DNA of 64,000 nucleotides, from assembly GCF_006345805.1 (NCBI RefSeq), contig NC_043002.1:60574001-60638000 (forward strand), read 5' to 3'. A program made the position numbers and the translations under genes. This DNA is from Octopus sinensis. Its lineage: Eukaryota. The notes beneath the pieces were generated by a model. That model worked only from the letters and a program-made list of their open reading frames with translations. It searched no databases and was not told where the DNA came from. This document shows positions 25,327 through 38,330 of the stretch, in pieces; the stretch's first letter is position 1, and each line of letters begins with the position of its first letter.

Positions 25327-26564
25327 GAGGGTGGGTGAAAAGTAAATAGAGATGAAAAATTGTTAATAAAATCCATATCCCTTTTATAAATTTATTGAAA
25401 CAAATGAGATGTGTTCTTTATTATATGGGAAAATGTAAATCATATAAGTAAATCATATTTCAACGTAACCAGTTTCCTCAAACAGCCAGGGCTCTACACA
25501 AGGTACAAGGCCCGAATTCTTGGGGGGGGGGGCAGTCGATTACATCAACCCAAGTACGCAACTGGTACATCTAAAAGGATGAAAGACAAAGTCGACCTCT
25601 GTGGAATTTGAACTCAAAACGTAAAGGCAGACGAAACACCGCTAAGCTTTTTGCCCGGCGTGCTACTGTTTAGTTTCTACTCTAGGCACAAAGTCCGGAC
25701 TTTTGGTGGGAGGAGCTAGTGGTTTACATCTACCCCAGCATGCAACTGGTACTTAATTTATCGACCAGAAAATGATGAAAGGCAAAGTCGAACTCGGGAG
25801 AATTTGAACTCAGAAATCCCCCTAAGCATTTCGCCCGGCGTTCTAACGTTTCTGCAAGCTCACCGCCTTCGTCTGGGATGTCATTGAGAACCTCCTGGAT
25901 CCGTGTCTCCAAGTTGTCGAGCGTGTGAAGTTTTGTCCTGTACCCCTCTTCTTTTCTGTAATACCACATGTAAAAATCACATGCAGTGAGATCTGGACTT
26001 CTTGAATTTCTGGATTTCCGTGGTCACAGTCTTCAGATTTTAGCTCCTGCAAGTAATAGGGTTTCCACGGCCGAAAATTCAATTCTTTAAGCAACACTGT
26101 ACATATTGTGCGTCTCGTTAGTTCACGTTCACGAGCTGCTTGACGTGTCGATATTTGCGGGCTGCGATTAAACATTTCCTTTACTGTTGCCACGTTCTCT
26201 GCTAATCGGGATGTGGTTGGACGGCCACTTCTTGCATCGTTCACAGAGCTCGAGATTATCAGCTTTGCATGACAACTTTTTATTGTCTCCGGATGTAGTG
26301 TCGCATGCTTACCGTTCCATGTACGCCACCACCACTGATCTAAAACAATGGAATTCCACACTTCATAGCGTGCTGCTATCTTAGCTCGCTTCTAAACAAG
26401 CAAACTGCCGGCGATCTGGAAAATAAGAAATAAGAGATAAGACAATTACAAAACTAGAAATCCCCAATACTGTTGTTTATAGAAAAATGTTTTCGTCAGG
26501 ATTTCAGTAATACTAAAAATTCTATAAGTAATTTCTAATGCCGAGTTACTTTCCACCCACACTG
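25327..26564 (-). mobile_element. Tc1/mariner-superfamily element with DUF4817-type N-terminus; catalytic core deleted
   Basis: Inverted ends gagggtgggtgaaaagtaa / cagtgtgggtggaaagtaa; HPETIKSCHAKL..SVNDARSGRP..SPQISTRQAARE..WKPYYLQEL fused to FYMWYYRKEEGYRTKLHTLDNLETRIQE. Confidence 0.85.
25490..25870 (-). mobile_element. Head-to-tail dimer of the family-3 SINE inserted in the transposon
   Basis: Two successive ggcacaa..actggtac..gatgaaag.caaagtcga..gaatttgaactca..gcccggcgt units. Confidence 0.8.
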
Positions 26565-26719
26565 CATATCACTGAATCTAGTGTAAACTTTGCAAAAGCT
26601 ATAACTTTATATATATATATATATATAAAATATTATTCGAGACAAAACCACTATTTTGCAAAACAAACAAGGAAAGACTTAATCAATACATAAATTTTAA
26701 TAAATAGTCAAAAAAACCG

Positions 26720-26762
26720 CCACTACAATCGTTTCTTGTCTTGATCGACAATCTTCAGGTGG
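26720..26762 (-). ncRNA. Minimal type I hammerhead ribozyme in a Penelope-type end (26635-26790)
   Basis: Minus: ccac CTGAAGA ttgtc-gatcaa-gacaa GAAA c-gatt-g ta gtgg; all core nucleotides present; GUA site. Confidence 0.8.
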
Positions 26763-27258
26763 ACTTCCAATAATTCAGTGTCAAATTATATATATATATA
26801 TATGATGCAGCACGAGGTTTTTCAGTGAACAAGTCGCGGTCTCAAAGCGACGAGAATATTTTGACAAATTGAATTTAAATGTTGAAGTGAATCTAACGGT
26901 TTTTGTCTGTATCTTAAATGGCTTATAAACACCTTCTACGCTGCAATTGTTTTCGTTCCAGCACACGATCTCAGATCAAGTCACTCGCTATGCGAGTACA
27001 TCTCCGCGATATATATGTATATATATATACATATATACAGGCGCAGGAGTGGCTGTGTGGTAAGTAGCTTCCTTACCAACCACAGGTTTCCGGGTTCAGT
27101 CCCATTGCATGGCAACTTGGGCAAGTGTCTTCTACTATAGCCTCGAGCCGACCAAAGCCTTGTGAGTTAATTTGGTACACGGAAACTGAAAGAAGCCCGT
27201 CGTATATATGTATATGTTATATATATATATATATATATAATATATATATATATATATA

Positions 27259-28534
27259 CGAGGGGCGTTCAATAAGTAATGCCCCTGAGCCACTTTCAGT
27301 TGTTTGAAATTTTGCATGTGCAATTATTTATATCTCTATAAATTAAGTGGCAAATTACAGCTCTGAATTAATTGTGATTTCTGATTTACAGGTGTTTGAA
27401 CTGAGTCAAGTGTGAAATGGAGTCTGTTGAGTGTCGAGCAGTGATTCGGTTTTTGTATTTGAAAGGACGCACACCACAGGAGACTTTGATGAAATGAAAG
27501 TAACTTATGGTGATGATGCCCCATCATATGCCCTTGTAAAACGCTGGCATCGTGAATTCAAACATGGTCGGAACTCTGTGGAAAGAGCTCCCAGATATGG
27601 TCGCCCCCTTCTGCCATTGATGAGGCATCTGTACGTCAAGTTGAGGCTGCCATTTTGGAAGATCGACGCATAACTATTCGCCAAATAGCCCATGAGGTCA
27701 AGATTAGTACCGGGTCTGTGGAAACTATCATTCATGACCATTTGCATATGAAAAAGGTGTCTGCCACATGGATTCCCAGGTTGCTCACACCTTTCCAGAA
27801 GCAAGAACGCGTCGATTGCTCGAGGATGAATTTGGAGATGTGCCAAGAAGATGAGTCAAATTTTTCAAAAGACTGATTACACAGGATGAAACCTGGGTCC
27901 ATCACTATGATCCAGAGTCCAAAGCCCAGTCAATGCAGTGGAAGCACCGTGACTCACCTCCTCCAAAGAAGGCAAGGGTGCAGCCCTCCGCTGACAAGGT
28001 CAGGCTCACAGTCTTCTGGGATCAGGACGGAGTAGTGATGACAGATTTCCTGGTAAATGGTGTCACAGTTACAGGAGTCTATTATGCTTCACTTTTGAGG
28101 AAATTAAGAGAAGCTATCAAAATCAAGAGGCGGGGCAAGATCAGCAAAGGCATCCTCCTCCTGCAGGACAACGCTTCGATCCACAACTCGTGTGTCGCCA
28201 GATCAGAAGCACAGGCGTGCGGCTATGAACTCATCCCCCATTCCCCCTACTCTCCTGACCTTGCACCCTCTGATTTTCACCTCTTCCCTGAAGTTGTTTT
28301 TGCAAGGAAAGCCTTTCCCAGATGGTGCAGCCTTGATTTCTGAAGTCACGTCGTGGTTGGAGGACCAAGATGGGGTCTTCTACACAAATGGTCTTCAGAG
28401 CTGCATCAAACGATGGGAGAAATGCGTAACTCTGGGTGGTTCCAATGTAGAAAAAGACTAATAACTGTGCCAAGTTTCGTTGCTCTTCTGCTATGGGAAG
28501 TGGGCCAGGGGCATTACTTATTGAACGCCCCTCG
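27259..28534 (+). mobile_element. Near full-length mariner (DD34D), 1276 bp, perfect 29-bp TIRs, TA duplication
   Basis: cgaggggcgttcaataagtaatgcccctg at 27259-27287 and its reverse complement at 28506-28534, flanked by TA. Confidence 0.97.
27417..28461 (+). pseudogene. Frameshifted mariner transposase
   Basis: MESVECRAVIRFLYLKG..., SATWIPRLL, QDETWVHHYDPE, QDNASIH-(34 aa)-YSPDLAPSD; several frameshifts. Confidence 0.95.
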
Positions 28535-28738
28535 TATGTGTGTGTGTGTATGTGTCAGATGTGTGTGTTTGTGTGTCTGTCCCCCCCAATATCGCTTGAC
28601 AACCGATGCCGGTGTGTGTACGTCCCCGTAACTTAGCGGTTCGGCAAAAGACACCCATAGAATAAGTACTAGGCTTACAAAGTATAAGTCCTATGGTCGA
28701 TTTCCTCGACTAAAGGCTGTGCTCCAGCATGATTGCAG

Positions 28739-29490
28739 TCAGGGTGCGGTGAATATATTGCCATCTGAAATATGCAAAAATGGAAATAGCATTCACATCT
28801 CAGATGTATTTACCAAAATTACATAAAAATATCTTGAAATGCTAAAGAGTAAATGTATATAATAAAATCGCCATTGGCTTCAACCCCGATGACTTCGGAA
28901 TCTCCTTCAACTCTTCTAGACAGTCTCCATGTTTAAGTTGGTGAATGCTGCCATAATCATTGCCTTCAGTTCTTCTTTGGTGTTACAAGGAGTTTTGTTG
29001 GTTTCCCCCGCTCAACTTTGTTCCACACATTATAATCAAGGGGCTTGCAGTCTGGGGAGTTAAGTGGCCAGATGCTAGGGGTGATTTGATCGCAGAAATT
29101 ATCTGATAGCTAAGACTTGGTTCTCTTCCTTGCGTGGCATGGTCCAGAGACCTGTGGCCAGACATAGAGTTTTCTATCAGCCACCTTCTTGACACGGAGC
29201 AGCACTACCTGCTCCAGGCACTTGATGTAGGCCTCCATGTCGAGTCTGAGACCGTGTGGTAAGATGAATGGAGACATAACGACGTCAAAACAAGTGATCA
29301 CTCCAAATATCGTGATGTTGACTGATTGTTGGATTTTTATAATCTCGGTAGAAAGTTTTGGCGACACGGCAAACTACCAGCTGTTCTGCGTGTTCACCAT
29401 TTGTTCGTATTCGAGCTTCCGTCGCGAATTCCAAGCAGGACATGACGTTTCCAAATTTCTGGCAGAATTGCGTCATGGTGCTGATTGTTG
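28739..29490 (-). mobile_element. DD37D (maT-like) transposon remnant
   Basis: WPQ[V]SGPCH...IWPLNSPDCKPLD with 37 residues between the degenerate second and the third catalytic D; end cagggtgcggtg. Confidence 0.8.
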
Positions 29491-29509
29491 AAAAGCCACG
29501 GAACTCTCT

Positions 29510-29870
29510 CAGATCACAACTATGTAGGACATACTCCATTGAAGATACTGTATGCACCAATGATAACTGCACGGTATGTAGGATTAGCCCTGGAATTAAC
29601 TGTAGAATTAGAAATGTAGTTTACAGCATAAAAGGCATAGAAGGTGCTTGTAAAGACTTGAACGTGACATACATAGGGGAGACATCTAGGAGCATAAATG
29701 AACGTTTGGGACAATATCAAGATATAATCTACCTACATGGCAAGGAGCAGCATGGAGGCAACCTGGGTCAATTAGACATCCGCATCTTCTCCAAGCACCA
29801 AAAGGAGCCAACACTCAGACAAATACAGTAGTACGTCCTCATAAATGAAAATTCCCCAATGGCCAATAGG
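29510..29870 (+). mobile_element. Penelope-like GIY-YIG endonuclease fragment
   Basis: CTVCRISPGINCRIRNVVYSIKGIEGACKDLNVTYIGETSRSINERL...RQIQ*. Confidence 0.85.
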
Positions 29871-29989
29871 AAATATATATAGTAGATATAATACCCCCAT
29901 ACACACAGTTTATACAGGTAGAGTAGAATAGTTAGTGGGCTATTATGTAGATAGCTGTATTTATGTGTGTGCGGGTGTATGTATATATG

Positions 29990-30490
29990 TATATGCATAT
30001 GCACCTGTAGGTAAGCATATGAGTATGAAAGTAAACAGATAGACATACAGACGGATAGATATATAGGGTATATGAAAAGACAAGCACATATACACAAATG
30101 AAGACTGAAACACATGACCATATATACACGCACACTTCACTTTACAGAAGGACTCATATGGAGACACAAGTTCACATATATGACGATATACATCCATACA
30201 TACATACAAACACAGTACATAGTTGCAACCCCCTCACACACATTCAGACATGCACACACAAAGAGACAGAGGTACACAATGACACAAATATGCAAACACA
30301 GACACACATACATGAAAAACACATACACACGGACACGCAAACACATGAACATGCAGAATATATACATACAAATGTACGCACATACATACATATATACATA
30401 TGCACACATACACAGACATGCATACACGCATGCAGGTATACATACATGCATGTGTGTACGCCCACACACTGATCCACAGACATGCGCACA
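29990..30490. repeat. Degenerate (CA/TA)-rich simple repeat
   Basis: Low-complexity composition; source of the HT/CV-rich ORFs. Confidence 0.85.
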
Positions 30491-31360
30491 AAAAAAGAAC
30501 GGAGCGTGAATAACGGACAGAGTCAGCTATTGAAAATGTTGCAAAACACAACGAAAATGCTAGAAAAATAAAGAAAGAAATGAGTGGAAAATTTACCGGT
30601 GAGTGTGTTAAATTATAAGGCATTAAAGAGAATGACCCTCCCCAGACACAACAGACTATGTTGTTTTCTTTGCTTTTTAACAAATGGAATTCATAATTAC
30701 ATCTGAGGATGAAATTGCTGGGTTGTGGTTTAGTAAATTTGGAGTTACAACATCATTAGTCCGGACCTCATCTAGCGTTCAGTCAAGTAATCCACTCGTT
30801 GATATATGTACCGACGCAGAAAACACATTGTGAGCTATAGGATTATATTGCGTGGAAAGTCAGTGAGCCTTATCTGTCTTATTTTTCTTTTCGAAAATTG
30901 CGCTTCTTGGCGCAAATGCTTGGTCGTACAATAATTTTGCCCTGTGTATTGTTTGTCCTTTAATAATTTCGTTCTCTTGATACAACATTTTTAGGGATCT
31001 CCCTTCGTCATTTTATAGCCATCAAGTAACTAATTATTGACTTCATAATTCCATGCAATTTCGTTTTATAGTTTCGCATTTTTCCGTAATTAGAGCTAAA
31101 AAGATTTTGAGTTTAATTTTTGACAATTTCATTTCGTTTTTATATCAAAGTATAGCTGTAAACGCCAACCATATTGTTTGTGGTGAGTCACACAATGGTG
31201 AATTTGGGTTTGAGACAAATATCTCAGCATTTCTGGATAAAATTTTATTTCAGAATATATAAAGGGAAAAGATTTATTTTCGTAGCAAGAGTATCTAAAA
31301 CGTAAAACGCTGAGAGTCAACATTGTCTGTGAAACCTCTGTTGTTTGAAACATTTTGGCG

Positions 31361-31457
31361 TCAGAGGAGAAACCTTACATATGTGATGTTTGTGGTAAAA
31401 TATTTTCATGAAGACAACTTATCGATTCATGTTCGTATTGTCACAGGTGGGAATTAG
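31361..31457 (+). pseudogene. Isolated decayed C2H2 zinc-finger unit
   Basis: SEEKPYICDVCGKIFS then a frameshift to EDNLSIHVRIVTGGN*, matching TGEKPY.C..CGK.F....L..H.R.HTGEK. Confidence 0.8.
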
Positions 31458-34425
31458 AAAATAATCAAATGTTTTCATGAGATACATAGTTATGACAGCA
31501 AAGCTGCCAAAGGAGCTACTACCGACTACGTGTGTATATAGTAAGTATATATATACATATACATATGTCAAATGCAGTACATCTATCTATTTTTATTACG
31601 GGTGTTTGGTTCGAAAGTTAAACACCGTGTTAAATGACTCAGTGCTAAACGAATAATGGAACATATGGGAAAAAGACGTTTCCTTGTGAGACCGTGTGTT
31701 GCCCCCCTCCTCCCCCACACACACACCTAAATTACCCAACTAAGACCTCAGTTTTTAAAAAAAACATAATGGTATGTTAGAAAAATATCTTGAGTAAAAT
31801 TTGATAACATATGATCGGTAAATAACAAAAATAACAGTAAAAATATCATAACAAGTGCAATCATTCATTGATTGCTGATCCGTGTTATCACAGATCAATT
31901 CGTGATAAGCATAACGTGGTTCACAATTGAGCATAAGATGTTATCCAAGATCAGTGATGAGTAACTCAATATGGAAGTGTACAAATGGATTGCTGTATTA
32001 CAACCTAGAGAGATGAAGAGTATGTCATATTTTGTTTATTTGTATGTGAAACATTACAGTCAGAACGTTAGCTTTCATTAATGCGATCTCAGTAAAAATA
32101 TCATATTTCTTAATTTCCTGAATTAATGAAGAAATCAAACGTAAATGTTCTCCAAAATTGTTGCTGTTGCCCCTTAGTTGATCGCTGATCCAGCTTTCTT
32201 TTGATCAAAGGTATTTCAATAGTAAACATTCCCGCTTTCTAGTGTATGCTTAACTACCTTATCTAAGCACCCCCTCTTTTGTTAAATAACACAGAAAGTG
32301 TGATTTGGATTATCTTTGTAGCACGTCGATGGATCACACAAAAGCGCCTTTGTTAGCTCGCTAATAACAAAATCATTTTAGGTGTTTATGTTAAAGCCAT
32401 ATTGTTGTTTAGTTTGATGTTTGCCTTTTGAGTTGGCAATAAATAGAAAATCGAGTTCATTGAATGGAAGATGGAATAATGATACTTATCTTCTTTACAC
32501 AATAGTTTTACTGGCTTAAAAGAGGCAACCTAATGGTAACTGACAATCGAAACCCGCTACATTCTCAGTTCTTTCTTCAGTGATCTTTACAATTTACAAG
32601 TAGAAATATGGTGTTATTAAATGAAACACACAATGAATTAAGTTAATGTTCCGAGATTACGTTGACTTTGAAAGTATTTTTGGTGTAAAATGGATTTTAA
32701 AAAAATACCGTAAAGTAATAAAGGTAATATTGATGGGAAACTGTATATAAATATTAATTAATTAATAGAAAGAGAGCAATTGTTCTGTTAATATCCCCCA
32801 ATCCATCTTTGTTTGACCGTGTTACATGTTCTTTTGCTAAGAATGGAAACTACGTGACAATTTGATGGAAAGAAATGACTGCATTAACGGAGCTGCTGTT
32901 AAAACTGAAAACAGAGTTTATTGATATGCATTAGCATTCATCTAAGCATTATACATGTCCAAAATTGTATGAGAGACATTGCAATTGTTCAGAAATTCAA
33001 TAAATGTGTATAGTGTAAGAGGGAAATTATTAAATATAGAATTTATATAATGATACTGGCAAGATTTTATGTCAGATTTACGAAGGTAGTGGAGAAATAT
33101 ATCAAATGATTCGCAGCTTAAATGTATATCATTAAAATAGAATGTAAATGGAGATATTCCAACAGAATTTATCATACACTAAGAGAAATAGTTGAATCGG
33201 TTTTGTAAACTAGTTGATACACAGCGTATCACTGCAATGCTTTATATGGAATTTTATGTTCAGCTACTCTGGAAGCAAATTGCTGTTGTATACAAGCTAA
33301 AATATGTATATTTGTGTGAACATGGTTTTTGCAGAACAGCAATATTGCATATGTATGGGAGATCATTCTAGACATTTTCCTTGGTCAGGAAAAATTTACA
33401 AAATTTATCACATGTAGATTTAAATTTGGGAAACGATTGCAAGAACCATTAGTCAATAGAAAACACTTATTTCCCGGGTGATAGAAATTATCTTTATACT
33501 TTTATATATTATTACATAAGGTAATCTTATTTGCTCACCGGCATGTGTTGGCCATGTAACATATTTTAAAGGATATAAGTAGTAACAAAGTGAAATGTAA
33601 ACACAGGCATATTTTGCTAACTTCACAAGTGAATAATATTCATACTACAATACATATAGATATGTGTGAGCGAAGCCGATGTTTATATCTACGTAATCTG
33701 AGCTAGGATATTTGAAATGTGTTTCTACATTGGTCAAATATACAGATATGAAGCAGCATCACTGTAAATTTCCATATTTTTTCTTTGTACGATTCCGAAA
33801 TTACGATAGTTATTGAAAATACATGTTAATATTTAATTTTTCTTTTTATTTTGGTCTAACAATGTTGTAGCATTAGCACGATACGAGAGTACTGGACTGC
33901 AAATATCCTCTGAGAATTAGTAAAAAGAAAATAGCTGACGTTAATACAGTAATGAAAGAGACTGCAAGTGAAAAAGTGTCGATATAAAATGAAGAGTTGA
34001 TACCTAATAAAATATTGATAGCCTTTTAAAATTCAATAATCTTATTATAATAATGCATAAATTACATAATCCATATGTAATGAGAGCATATAAAGTATAA
34101 AAATGTTATATACCATGACATGATAATGTAAAGGTGAATATGAAAATGTAAAATCTGCTGCGTTCTCTGCCTACTTGTTGTCGGAGAACTACTGCAAGTT
34201 TCGAGATCAGATAGAGTGTAATGATTATGTATGTGACGGTTCTATGGAAACTAACGGAAAATTTATTTATAAAAATACGATGAAAAAAATTCGTTTACAC
34301 ACTCACGGAACATGGTGTATATAATTGTTACATACAAATCCTACGTTCAAGATACATAGATGGAAGTCTGTAAATATACAGCACTCATGGAGATACAACC
34401 ATATAACACTTTCTTAATGACACGC

Positions 34426-34474
<49 letters not shown>

Positions 34475-35844
34475 AAAAATGAATCTTTTACTAATTCTTC
34501 CTCGTGTTTAAACGATACGAGTTCGTATATAAAACAATGACAAAACTGTAGCAAAACTGTATTTTAAAGATGAACATTCGGTTGGAAATACATTATCAGG
34601 TTTCATAATTTCTCGTCACAGCTGTGGAGAAATGAAACCGACTTAGATGTAGCTCGAGGTGGAGTCCTCTATCTTCATCAAAAGGAAAGAGATGCAGATC
34701 ATTACCAAACATACTCACTGAGAAGGTACTGCTAACGTTTGACATATTTTCTCCTTGTGCCATTTCTTCTCATTATTCCAACAGTGTATGAATTTCAGGA
34801 CAAGCAAGTTGCATAGCATCTACCGCTGTTCAGTCTTGGAATCTCGTTATTCTGATGTAGCTCATACTTTGTATGTAGCTAAATACCTTGTTTACTCGAC
34901 TTATTTCTGAAGAAACCATGTATCTTGTAACCGTCACTATGCCCTAACCCTCGTTTATTTCCCGGCAGGAGCCAGCTGGCAATAGCTATTTTGCTAGACG
35001 CGAAGACGTGAATATATCTTCGGCAATGCTGGCACTTCAACGATTAAAGAAGCAAAAGAAAAAATATAACCAGCTCAAATACGAAACGACTTCTTTCAAA
35101 CTTTTGTCTAGGGATGTGTGAGCATTTAAGAGATAATTACTCAACATTTTACAGTTGAAAAAGTATGTTAAACAAACTGGTTGTATCGTGATTGAAATAT
35201 ATTCTGTTAGCTGTATTTCATATATGGCTGTACAACTTTGGAAAAATCATTATACTTCATTAGAAAAATAGAAAATCATTAAATATCCGTCTTGCGATTC
35301 TTTCCCGTGACTTTCTAATCACTTATTCATAGTACCGGAGATGTGACGTCTCAGTGTGGAAAAATAAGGGCTCAACCTGGAGAGACTCCCTGAGACTCGG
35401 ACCCTGACGCTTGTACCTTGAGCTTTGCACCCGAGCCCTGCATATGGAGAGACCCCGAACCTTGCACCCTATTAATGTTAATCCATATACTTTTAGGAAA
35501 AAAAAACACATTTTAACCGCTTGTATTCACGGCCGTTTGTTTTCCATTTCAATTAATATATGTTCAGAACACGAACCAAAATCGTCAGTGTTACTTAAAT
35601 GAAGGATCGTATCACTGCATAATAGATATGGTGTTTTATTATATATTTTGTAAAAAATAATTCATTTGATGATGAGGTTTTTTTTCGATAAAGTCTTACT
35701 GTCTCTGCATGTTTCATTTTGCAATTTGGAGTCTGCAAAATGAATTAATAAAAATAAAGCGACCATAGAAATAATCTCACGATTTGGAGCAAAGATTTTT
35801 ATCTTCTCGTTTAAATTCATTGATTTCTCTTTCAATGTATTCGT

Positions 35845-36650
<806 letters not shown>

Positions 36651-36769
36651 CCCTGGGGATTAACATATTTAACTAACATAATAGATTTTACATAGTATGC
36701 GGAACACCTAGAAATAAACACCAAATCTCTTGCGTTTATATTTTAATCTTTAGAGAAATAACTTTAAAA

Positions 36770-36960
36770 TTTTGGCACAAGGCCAGTAATTTTGTGAGGC
36801 GGTCCAGGTCGATTATATCAATACCAGTGCTCAACTGGTACTTATTTTATCAACCCTGAAATGATGAAAGACAAAGTCGATCATTTTGTAATTTCATCTC
36901 ATAACTTAAAAACGCACGGAATTTCGTTCGACACGGTTCAGCTAATTCGCTACCTTACTC
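36770..36960 (-). mobile_element. Family-3 SINE, diverged
   Basis: ggcacaaggcc..caactggtacttattttatcaaccctgaaatgatgaaagacaaagtcga. Confidence 0.7.
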
Positions 36961-36999
36961 TTTAGAAATATAAAGCTGCGTTATATAATGGCAGTTACA

Positions 37000-37330
37000 C
37001 ATGGGCATGTCACGTGCAATTCTCAATGGTTTTTGGTTGCAGCACCATACAAACCAGCGACTATATGGTAATCTTCCTACCATAATCTCTGTAATGTGCT
37101 GCAAAAGAACATGCTATGTAAGACAATTTTGAAGCAAGCCTGAAATATCCAGCGATTGTCTTCGCTGGAAACACACGCATGATCATATATGTGTCAGCGG
37201 ATCAAGAAGATATACCAATAAGCTGCTTGTAGATGAAAGTGGATATGAGGATATCTATGGAAGATCAGGACATCTGGCGTGGAAGTTACATTGATTCGGG
37301 TAGAACTTCCTACCAGATATAATCGGATGG
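37000..37330 (+). mobile_element. RTE-type LINE 3' coding remnant
   Basis: MSRAILNGFWLQHHTNQRLYGNLP...LRWKHTH...MEDQDIWRG fits the RTE C-terminal pattern (MLR.IL..SW..H.TN..LYG.LP; M.DR..WR). Confidence 0.75.
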
Positions 37331-37439
37331 GATAGGATGGACAACGTTATTACTACAGTAAGAACTGGAAGACAACGATTAGAACGCTCTTAGTCATAGG
37401 TTCACAGGATTACTGTTAAGCTCCTGCTATACAACTACA

Positions 37440-37620
37440 GTGGAGGCGCAATGGGCCAGTGGTTAAGGCAGCGGACTCGCGGTCGTAAGAACACGTTTTC
37501 GATTCCCAGACCGGGCATCTTGAGTGTTTATTGAGCAAAAACACCTAAGCTCCACGATGCTCCGGCGGTAGGATTTAAACCCCGCTCACAACTTTCTCTC
37601 ACTCTTTCTTCCTAATTCTG
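37440..37620 (+). mobile_element. Family-2 SINE, partial
   Basis: gtggaggcgcaatgggccagtggttaagg head. Confidence 0.85.
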
Positions 37621-37937
37621 CTACAAAGCAGAGGAACCATGGTGTAACTCACTATGGTGTATTAAACTTTCAGACCCTAGTCTTGATTGCGAATCCTCTG
37701 TATCTCAGCTCTCCACCCGTTAAAAGCCACCGTTTACAGAATGAGGATAACAATGTAGCTTTTGCGCCAGTGCAACCACCAATCTATCGCGTGTGGTGGG
37801 TGGATCTTCAAGTTGTCACACGCATTCTTAGTAGCTTAGAGTAGACTCGAATTGGAGATTATTCTTTGTGACTAATGGTGTGAGTCCTGATTAGAAGAAG
37901 AAGAACGACAACAACAACAACAGCAGCAGCAACAGCA

Positions 37938-38330
37938 GTGGAGGCGCAATGGCCCAGTGGTTAGGGCAGCGGACTCGCGGTCGGAGGATCGTGGTTTCGA
38001 TTCCCAGACCGGGCGTTGTGTGTGTTTATTGAGGAGCGAAAAACACCTAAAGCTCCACGATGCTCCGGCAGGGGGTGGAGGAGACCCACGTTGTACTCTT
38101 TCGCCCCAACTTTCTCTCCCCCTTTTCCCTCCTGTTTCTTGTCCACGACTTCCTACGCAACTGTTGAGCATGCATGCGCATTCATCCATCCGACGATGCT
38201 CTCGGTGTCGGGGGTTGACCTGCTTTCTCTTCTGCGGGTCTTACGAATAGCAAAGGACCACGTTTCGGACTTCTCCCATCTTGCGAGCTCTGAGACGAAG
38301 ACCGTTCGCTCAACAGCAACAGCAACAGCA
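37938..38330 (+). mobile_element. Family-2 SINE with a GC-rich 3' extension
   Basis: Intact head gtggaggcgcaatggcccagtggttagggcagcggactcgcggtc; ends in (CAA/CAG)n. Confidence 0.85.

Larger units (their letters stand above)
27040..28740 (+). mobile_element. Family-1 SINE split by the mariner (5' half 27040-27205, 3' half 28535-28740)
   Basis: Head ggcgcaggagtggctgtgtgg; body resumes gtgtgtttgtgtgtctgtccccc...gacaaccgatg after the right TIR. Confidence 0.9.

Noticed and set aside
32930-34330. Faint LRR/TIR-like peptide fragments (KNLQNLSHVDLNLGN; KSAAFSAYLLSENYCKF)
   Set aside because: Scattered over different frames with many stops; the resemblance is too weak to separate from chance.
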